A DNA stretch of 64,000 bases, from positions 724 to 64,723 of the forward strand of contig JANWIN010000011.1 of the NCBI GenBank assembly GCA_025449905.1. The letters are read 5' to 3'. Position 1 is the first letter of the stretch. Each line of letters opens with the position of its first letter. The position numbers and the translations under genes are program-made. This stretch comes from Candidatus Saccharimonadales bacterium. Lineage in GTDB: Bacteria; Patescibacteriota; Saccharimonadia; Saccharimonadales; JANWIN01. The notes beneath the pieces are model-generated. The model saw only the letters and a list, made by a program, of their open reading frames with translations, was not told the origin of the DNA and searched no databases. Below are positions 57,437 through 64,000 of the stretch, one piece after another.

Positions 57437-58322
57437 CATCGTCAGCGTCAATGATCTGACTCTTCAGACTGACATCTTGTTTTAAAGCTCTGTTTATTAA
57501 TGCTTTTAATTCAGCAAGACTTAAATTATGGGCAATTTCATAACTTTTGCGTACCACAAATGGATTGAGTTTTGCCTCTTTGGCAATATCATCAATACTG
57601 CGCTGCCCACCCGCCTTAATGGTCGCTAAAATATGTAGCTGCCAGCCAATCATAGCCATAATTTCCAGTGGTTCTACTCTTTTTTGCCGTTGCTCGTTGT
57701 ATAGAGCCATTGTTTTTTCGCTGTTACCGCTAAACGCCGTATCTAACAAATCAAAAATACTGCTCTGGGGGCTTGGCTCGGTCAATAAATCGATGGTTCC
57801 GCGGGTAACACTAGGCTGATAAATTAATAATTTGTTAAGTTCGTTAAAAAGCAGTTCTTGATTAACGCCTACTCTATCAATTAAATATCTAGCTTCACCA
57901 AAACCAAGTTGGCCACCGGCCTTTTTAGCGCTTTCACTTAGCCATTTGGCAAGAGTGATATCATCTTGTTCACTAAGTTCCCTAAACTCGGTTTTAGATT
58001 TCAAAACTTTAAAATAATTTTGTCTTTTATCTATTTTTGACTCAATAATGACGACTTCAATACTGTCAGGAATTGAACTAATTATTTGTTCAATCTTTTC
58101 GCTAAACTGCTTGTTCTTACTGGGGTCGCGTAATATTACCAGCTTCTTTTCTAGTAAAAATGGCAGGTTTTGCAGAGCTTCATTTATCGGTCCAATCTCA
58201 GCCTCCTCGCCATCCAGTCTTTCAACTGCCAAATCATTATATTGCTTAATGAATTTGCTGCTTAATTCATTAAGTTTTTGAATAATTTGAAAGTGGTTAT
58301 TGCCAGTTAAGGTAGTTATCAT
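57402..58322 (-). CDS. holA: DNA polymerase III delta subunit
   Basis: LPFL..KLVIL, NELNKL, IFDLLD, LNPFVVRK. Confidence 0.88.
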   Translation of the reverse strand: MITTLTGNNHFQIIQKLNELSSKFIKQYNDLAVERLDGEEAEIGPINEALQNLPFLLEKKLVILRDPSKNKQFSEKIEQIISSIPDSIEVVIIESKIDKRQNYFKVLKSKTEFRELSEQDDITLAKWLSESAKKAGGQLGFGEARYLIDRVGVNQELLFNELNKLLIYQPSVTRGTIDLLTEPSPQSSIFDLLDTAFSGNSEKTMALYNEQRQKRVEPLEIMAMIGWQLHILATIKAGGQRSIDDIAKEAKLNPFVVRKSYEIAHNLSLAELKALINRALKQDVSLKSQIIDADDAMRHFLLSLAS

Positions 58323-59188
58323 GATTTAAGCCTTTGGCATTTAGGGCATAAATGAGTGCCCCTGCCTGCCACCCTTATCTTTATTATAGTACTTCCACAA
58401 CGCGGACAAGGCTGACCTTCACGCCTAAAAACCCGGGCAAAACTCATATAACTGCCTTTTTTGCCCTCGGCATTAACGTAATTTCTATCAGTACTGCCGC
58501 CTTTTTCAATACTCAATCGCAAAACATACTGTAATTCTTCAAATAGATTATTAATTTTTTGAGTTGATAAGTCCCTAACAGGAGTTAAGGGATGGATTTT
58601 CGCGCCCCACAGCGACTCATCGGCGTAAATATTACCCACACCAGCAATTATTGACTGATCAAGCAGCACGGTTTTAACAGATGAATTTGGCCGTTTTTTA
58701 AGTCGGGCAGCAAAAGCTTTGGCACCAAAGCTGGCGGCTAGCGGCTCCGGACCAATTTTCTTGAAAAAGTCGATACTGGGAACTTCGGCCGTTGGTATTA
58801 ATCTCATCCAGCCAAATTTTCTTTGGTCGTTAAAGAATAATTTCCCCTCATTTAGCTCTAATGTAACCCTGGTAGACTTGTCCGGGAGATGGCCAATTAA
58901 AGATTCGCTAGGGTGCCCCGCTCCAAAACGTTCACGCCCCACAAAAACTAGTTGGCCAGTCATTTTTAGGTGTATGACTAAGCTATATTTACTACTAAGC
59001 TCAATTAAAAGTACCTTGGCTCGGCGTTTTACTAAGACTATTTTGGCGCCGATTAAAAAACTATCTGTATCGGCTTGAGAGTTTGGGAACGATTTGAGCC
59101 AGTCCCAGGTGACATTCTTGATAGTTTTGCCCGGTAATAGCTTAGCCAGCCCAATTTTAACAGTTTCTACCTCTGGCAACTCTGGCAT
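58319..59188 (-). CDS. mutM: formamidopyrimidine-DNA glycosylase
   Basis: MPELPEVET, HLKMTG, DQRKFG, GVGNIYADE, C-terminal zinc finger. Confidence 0.97.
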   Translation of the reverse strand: MPELPEVETVKIGLAKLLPGKTIKNVTWDWLKSFPNSQADTDSFLIGAKIVLVKRRAKVLLIELSSKYSLVIHLKMTGQLVFVGRERFGAGHPSESLIGHLPDKSTRVTLELNEGKLFFNDQRKFGWMRLIPTAEVPSIDFFKKIGPEPLAASFGAKAFAARLKKRPNSSVKTVLLDQSIIAGVGNIYADESLWGAKIHPLTPVRDLSTQKINNLFEELQYVLRLSIEKGGSTDRNYVNAEGKKGSYMSFARVFRREGQPCPRCGSTIIKIRVAGRGTHLCPKCQRLKS

Positions 59189-59213
59189 AGTCTATTTATT
59201 GTAGCAGTTTGGG

Positions 59214-59555
59214 TTAAGCGGCTATCTCTAGTTCTTGAGAATTATTAAGAATATGTGCAGCTTGAGCTTCATCATGAGTACGGGCTGAGTCGGCGCTATC
59301 TTTTAAAACTTGAAGTATCGTTTCAAGCTCTTCGGTTTTCACAAATAAAGCCATTGACTGCCTGTCTTCAGCAATTGCTTTGCGAATCATCTTTCTTAAG
59401 TGAAAAACCAGAGTATGCTCTTCTCGAGGTATATAAACAGCTTCCGGTGAAAGGTCTTCTTCCGGCGGCCTAAAGTGATTGTCTACTAGTCTATAGGTGG
59501 TAATGGCCTCTGGAAGAGATTCAAATCTTAAAATGTTTGGGTCAGGTAATCGCAT
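59214..59555 (-). CDS. hypothetical protein
   Basis: 113-aa ORF; no motif. Confidence 0.5.
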   Translation of the reverse strand: MRLPDPNILRFESLPEAITTYRLVDNHFRPPEEDLSPEAVYIPREEHTLVFHLRKMIRKAIAEDRQSMALFVKTEELETILQVLKDSADSARTHDEAQAAHILNNSQELEIAA

Positions 59556-59687
59556 AATTTTTTTAGCCTTGAAACATAATCAACTATAAGCTTTAAAATT
59601 ATTTATTTCAACATCATTTTAAGTTTTTAGCTAAAATTCATCTATTTAAACCCCTTGTGATATATTCACTGCCCGTATAATGAAAAC

Positions 59688-59924
59688 ATGGATAATTTAG
59701 GTGACTTACTGCCCAGCCGCAAATTTACCCAGCCGCCGGAAATTAAGATTATCAAAAAGTTTGTACGTGATAAGTTTGATGAAGAGGTCGGTGTAGAGGC
59801 TAAACCTAATGCAATAGTCATTAATGCTCCTAATGCTGCTCTGGCTGGCACACTTCGCATGCATCTTCACGAATTAAGTGAAATCTGCCAAACAGATAAA
59901 CGTTTAGTTGTTAAGATCGGCTAG
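59688..59924 (+). CDS. DciA/DUF721-like small protein
   Basis: IVINAPNAALAGTLRM resembles DUF721; TATAAT 6 nt before ATG. Confidence 0.55.
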   Translation: MDNLGDLLPSRKFTQPPEIKIIKKFVRDKFDEEVGVEAKPNAIVINAPNAALAGTLRMHLHELSEICQTDKRLVVKIG

Positions 59925-60138
59925 CTTCAACTATCGATATGCGGCTCATGTTTTTTGCGCGGCTAAATTTTCCCACTTCTATGGCCGCATCTATGACCGG
60001 TCCTTCTAAGTCAGAAGGATATGCGTCCGGGTGTTTTTCCCGGGCTAGGGTTTCCCCCAGTTGTCCCGGTACTACCATGTCACCAGCAACGAATGCAGTG
60101 GTGTCGCCACGGCTTGTCTCGAGGTGAGTGATGCTCAT
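59911..60138 (-). CDS. hypothetical protein
   Basis: 75-aa ORF with AAGGA RBS. Confidence 0.4.
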   Translation of the reverse strand: MSITHLETSRGDTTAFVAGDMVVPGQLGETLAREKHPDAYPSDLEGPVIDAAIEVGKFSRAKNMSRISIVEASRS

Positions 60139-60198
60139 TTTATTTTCCTTTTTTATTGTCGACCTCTGCCTTCGGTATATACCTCTTATGCTAATTTG

Positions 60199-60777
60199 TC
60201 AAGTACTTTGTGAAAGAAGTTTTTCCAGCCCCTCTCTCATCTGTCCAAAATCCTCATACAAGATGGCTTGCATACCGCTGTTTACCGCACCATCGACGTG
60301 CTTTTGGCGATCGTCAATCATCACACACTCGTCGGTTTTAACCCCTAGTTTTTGGGCCATTAATTTATAAATTTCAGGCTGTGGCTTTATAAAACTAGCC
60401 TCGTACGACAATATATAGTCGTCAATAAGAGTTAGTTGCTCTGGCGTGAATATTTCTTCTAGCCAATTGGCTCCGGCATTAGAGAGTAGCCCGATTTTGT
60501 ATTTGGGTCTTAAATTGTCTTTTATATAAGCAAAAAGTGGTTCATTGGGCACATTATCATCAATGACAGCAATAGCCTGTTCTTCACTGATATTAGCTAG
60601 TTTGGCAACTTTAGTTATAAAAATTTTATAGTTAATGTTGCCCATATTCAGCTGCTTTACCAGCCTGTGAGCTTCGCTCAACTGCTCTGGCTTATCCGCA
60701 AAATGTTTTTGATAGTAAGGTTCCCAGCCCTCGGTTGCCAGCACCCCAAAACAGTCAAAGATAATAGCTTTTATCAT
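60199..60777 (-). CDS. HAD-family phosphatase
   Basis: IIFDCFGV, LLSN, KPQPEIY, IDD. Confidence 0.9.
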   Translation of the reverse strand: MIKAIIFDCFGVLATEGWEPYYQKHFADKPEQLSEAHRLVKQLNMGNINYKIFITKVAKLANISEEQAIAVIDDNVPNEPLFAYIKDNLRPKYKIGLLSNAGANWLEEIFTPEQLTLIDDYILSYEASFIKPQPEIYKLMAQKLGVKTDECVMIDDRQKHVDGAVNSGMQAILYEDFGQMREGLEKLLSQST

Positions 60778-60800
60778 GCCCTAACTATAGCTGAAAGTGA

Positions 60801-61379
60801 TTAATTTAAGTTGACTCTGTGGGTAAGGTCATCGTAGTCAGGGATCTGTCTTTCAAATAGAGTTGTAACATTAAAAGTTTTGCCGCCAAACGAGCCTCGC
60901 GCGTCCCCCGAGCAGGTTGAACTCCATAGTCGACTAATATTGCTGCCACCCTCTTCTAGTTTAAATACATAGCGATTGCCTGCCGCACAAACACCAGCTT
61001 CGCTTGGCAAGTCGGTACCTCTTTCTTTAGTAAAATTGGCGTAGCTTAAAGCGTATAAAAACTGGCTGTAAGCAGATTCGTCATTAGAATAATTTTTTTC
61101 TTTAATTACATCGCCTTGATAGCCCTTGATAACTTGAAGTGTCCGAAAATCCCGTCCGACGATAACTTTGATTTCGCGGTAATTTTCCCGCGCAACTATC
61201 TCACCTTCGGTGGTAGAACTTACAACCGCGTCAGTTGAAGCGTAATCTGGCAATGGTTTTGGAACTGTACCTTCAGGCTTAGGCTCCTTGCCTCCACCGC
61301 TGGTAAATAGAATAACAACCCCTATAAAAAGGATAAAAATACCTAAACCTAAAAAAATAGACCTCATACCCCGGTTCAT
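60801..61379 (-). CDS. hypothetical membrane-anchored protein
   Basis: N-terminal TM; start placed at MNRGM. Confidence 0.75.
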   Translation of the reverse strand: MNRGMRSIFLGLGIFILFIGVVILFTSGGGKEPKPEGTVPKPLPDYASTDAVVSSTTEGEIVARENYREIKVIVGRDFRTLQVIKGYQGDVIKEKNYSNDESAYSQFLYALSYANFTKERGTDLPSEAGVCAAGNRYVFKLEEGGSNISRLWSSTCSGDARGSFGGKTFNVTTLFERQIPDYDDLTHRVNLN

Positions 61380-61416
61380 GGCGTTATAATACCACTTATT
61401 TAACTTTTTTGCAATA

Positions 61417-61854
61417 CTATTTAGTGGTTTCTGTTTGGCCATCATCCAAGCAGTCAATAGCCAAATAATCAGGACTCAGGATCTTATAATCTGAATGGTT
61501 ATTAGGCTCAATCCATGCATATTTATCGTGTTCGGTACTAAGTCTTATCTTATTAGTAAGTGGGCGGCAATAAACAAAGACCCCCATTATTTGATGTTGC
61601 TGTCCTTTTATAATCGGGCGCCATTCGCCCACATAAACTGGATGTTTAATTTCTATTTTAAGTCCCGTTTCTTCCAAAACTTCACGCTTCAATGCTTCTT
61701 CTAGTTTTTCACCTTTTTCTACTCTCCCACCGGGCAGATGGTACTTTCCTCGATTTGTGCCCTGTCCATAAGTCGGTGCTTCTCTAAGCACCAAAACTTT
61801 ATCGTTTTTGACAATCAAAGCTTTCATAGCAAGCTGCTGAGCTATGTTTTTCAT
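61417..61854 (-). CDS. NUDIX hydrolase
   Basis: Nudix box PGGRVEKGEKLEEALKREVLEETGL. Confidence 0.93.
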   Translation of the reverse strand: MKNIAQQLAMKALIVKNDKVLVLREAPTYGQGTNRGKYHLPGGRVEKGEKLEEALKREVLEETGLKIEIKHPVYVGEWRPIIKGQQHQIMGVFVYCRPLTNKIRLSTEHDKYAWIEPNNHSDYKILSPDYLAIDCLDDGQTETTK

Positions 61855-62162
61855 TCTTCGACTTCTTCCAAGAAAATTTTATCTTTGAAGGAACCTCTTT
61901 TTTGAGCTTTTTCGATACGAACTTTTTCAAGTTCGGCTTTATTGCTATTAAAAACTTCCAAAATAGCAAAGAGCACTTCCTGAATATCAGCTAATTCTTC
62001 AATCGTCTGGTCTGCCTCTAGCTCCTCAGTTTCTTCTTTAAGTTTCTCAATTAGTTCTTTCAGGTATTCTTCATTATTCAAGATTCTAGTTACTGGTTTC
62101 CTGCCCTCTGCTTTGATTATCTCTGGTATCTTGTCTCTGACTAATTTCTTATCAATTTTCAT
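61851..62162 (-). CDS. MazG/PRA-PH-like NTP pyrophosphohydrolase
   Basis: KLVRDKIP, KLKEE..E, EELADIQEV, KRGSF. Confidence 0.85.
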   Translation of the reverse strand: MKIDKKLVRDKIPEIIKAEGRKPVTRILNNEEYLKELIEKLKEETEELEADQTIEELADIQEVLFAILEVFNSNKAELEKVRIEKAQKRGSFKDKIFLEEVEE

Positions 62163-62566
62163 AGCTGAATTCGTTCTACCTTCATTGTCCTTGGTAATTT
62201 TTTGGCGAAGTCTTGAATACTAAAATCTTTGAATTCATACATAAAATCTTCCTGTTCAGAAGCAGGTGTGCAATAAGCTACTTTGTCGATATGCGCCCAC
62301 GAAGCGCAACTCATACACATCATGCAAGGTTCATGACTGGCATAAAGCACTGCACCGTCAATATTGTGAGATTTTAACTTTTTACAGGCTTTTATTATTG
62401 CTGCCATCTCAGCATGTAGAGTCGGGTTATAAGTTTCCTGAACATGGCCGTAATCGGCAGCAATAATTTCACCATCTTTTACGATAACAGCGCCAAAATT
62501 GTAGGGTTTAGCCTTTTTGTTGCCAGTTTTTATGGCTTGGCTGAGAAAATATTTATCATCTTTCAC
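62159..62566 (-). CDS. nucleoside/nucleotide deaminase
   Basis: FGAVIV, HAE, EPCMMC. Confidence 0.9.
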   Translation of the reverse strand: MKDDKYFLSQAIKTGNKKAKPYNFGAVIVKDGEIIAADYGHVQETYNPTLHAEMAAIIKACKKLKSHNIDGAVLYASHEPCMMCMSCASWAHIDKVAYCTPASEQEDFMYEFKDFSIQDFAKKLPRTMKVERIQL

Positions 62567-64000
62567 AGATCGCCCCAGTTTTCACCAATTGCTGTATCGA
62601 CAGTCAGCTTTACCGGCAGCTTAACGACGTTTTCCATGGTGTTTTTGAGAATTTTGGCGACGTTTTTAGCATCGGCTTTTGGACATTCAACAATTAGGCT
62701 GTCGTGGATTTGCAGTAGCAGTTTACTGTCTTTTTTAAGTTTTTCTGCGACTTCAATCATGGCCATTTTCATAATATCAGCGGCTGTGCCCTGAAACGGC
62801 ATGTTCACTGCTGCGCGCAGGGCGGCCTCGCGTACGGCAAAATTAGACGAATGTACATCCGGCGACGGCCGGCGGCGCCCATACAAAGTCTCGACATAGC
62901 CATTTTTCTGCGCCTGTTCTTTCACGCTCGCAATGTATTTAAGCAATTTGGGCCGAACTTCAAAGTAACGGTCTATAAAATGTTTGGCCTGCTCATAAGT
63001 TATGCCGGTAGCCGCTGTTAAACCATGCGGTCCCAGGCCATACATGATGCCAAAATTTACCACTTTGGCATCGCGCCGCATATTTTTAGTAACGTCTTCC
63101 GGACTGCGGTCATAAATCTGTGCAGCGGTTATGGTATGAATATCAGCATCTTCATTAAAAAGCTTAATCATATCCCGGTCTTCAGATAAAACGGCTGCCA
63201 GTCGCAACTCAAACTGTGAATAATCGGCGCTAACCAATGTCATACCCTTGTCAGCTACAAAGGCAGTGCGGATGCGTTTGCCCAGTTCAGTTTTGACTGG
63301 AATATTCTGCAAGTTCGGATCCGATGAACTCAACCGGCCAGTTGGCGCAATGGTGAGTGAAAAAGTTGTATGCACCCGCGAAGACTCATCAATCATTTTG
63401 GGCAACGTATCAATATATGTGTTCTTTAGTTTAGTGACTTCGCGGTATTGAGTAATTAAATCAATAACTGGATGGGTCCCGCGCAGCTTTTCTAGCTCTG
63501 GCGCGGCCGTTGAAAAAGCGGTTTTTCCCTTCTTGATTCCAGTCACCGGCAACTTTAGTTTGTTAAACAAGACATCAGCCAGCTGGCCGGGGCTGGAAAT
63601 ATTAAATTCCTGGTTGGCAAAACCGTAAATTTGTTGCTCGAGGTCAGAAATCATGTCCTCAACTTGCGCCGACATAAGCTTTAAGTAGCTGGTGTCGAGT
63701 TTTATACCCTCATATTCCATATCAGCTAAGACTTGAATGATCGGCCACTCCACGTCCTCGGCCAGTTTTACAACTTTGGGCAACGGCTTAAGCTCTTTAG
63801 TTTGTTTTTCATGGAGCGCCCGTACTACGGCGACTGTATCGGCTTCGCTGCTGTCAGCCGTCAGGTGAATATTTAGCTCTTCGCCAGCCAGGTCCTCCAG
63901 ATTTAAAACGCGGCGAAGTGGATTTATCAAAAACGCACCTATCATAACGTCATGAGCGATTTTAGTCGGATAAATTTCGAGGCTTCTAAGGGTTTGTAGG
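62563..64000 (-). CDS. polA: DNA polymerase I, 5' end outside window
   Basis: TGRLSSSDPNLQNIP, ADYSQFELR, RRDAKVVNFGIMYG, QGTAAD, LQIHD. Confidence 0.97.
   Translation of the reverse strand, partial: LQTLRSLEIYPTKIAHDVMIGAFLINPLRRVLNLEDLAGEELNIHLTADSSEADTVAVVRALHEKQTKELKPLPKVVKLAEDVEWPIIQVLADMEYEGIKLDTSYLKLMSAQVEDMISDLEQQIYGFANQEFNISSPGQLADVLFNKLKLPVTGIKKGKTAFSTAAPELEKLRGTHPVIDLITQYREVTKLKNTYIDTLPKMIDESSRVHTTFSLTIAPTGRLSSSDPNLQNIPVKTELGKRIRTAFVADKGMTLVSADYSQFELRLAAVLSEDRDMIKLFNEDADIHTITAAQIYDRSPEDVTKNMRRDAKVVNFGIMYGLGPHGLTAATGITYEQAKHFIDRYFEVRPKLLKYIASVKEQAQKNGYVETLYGRRRPSPDVHSSNFAVREAALRAAVNMPFQGTAADIMKMAMIEVAEKLKKDSKLLLQIHDSLIVECPKADAKNVAKILKNTMENVVKLPVKLTVDTAIGENWGDL

Overview
Core-genome segment of a small, AT-rich bacterium using genetic code 11. 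The gene set and style point to Patescibacteria/CPR, most likely Ca. Saccharibacteria; this is an inference, not a database result. Most genes lie on the minus strand. Contents: a VirD4/HerA-like ATPase (cut by the window edge), comM, infC-rpmI-rplT, RNase P RNA, a short 6S-like RNA, six tRNAs, miaA, a short thrS, a XerC/D-family recombinase, a type IV pilus locus (pilM-N-O, pilB, pilT, pilC, major pilin, pilD, minor pilins, repeat-bearing adhesin), ychF, efp, rpsF-ssb-rpsR, a solute-binding protein/histidine kinase pair, ftsK, rnj, udg, pnp, rpsO, truB, rpsT, holA, mutM, and a nucleotide-housekeeping cluster behind polA (cut by the edge). The most notable unannotated signals are: (1) four dispersed, homologous ~168-nt palindromic elements with a CGTAC-N-GTACG core resembling Rickettsia palindromic elements, one in frame inside udg and two abutting start codons; (2) a second family of short CCCCGC(A)CC...GG(T)GCGGGG palindromes, one duplicating a prepilin cleavage motif and one splitting a relic copy of the ychF 3' end; (3) three promoter-led structured RNA candidates (about 3050-3200, 3733-3825, 14976-15190); (4) divergent orphan PurD- and PurM-like genes; (5) pervasive leaderless-type promoters and a recurring TAAGCAT motif. 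All RNA folds and alignments were made by eye.
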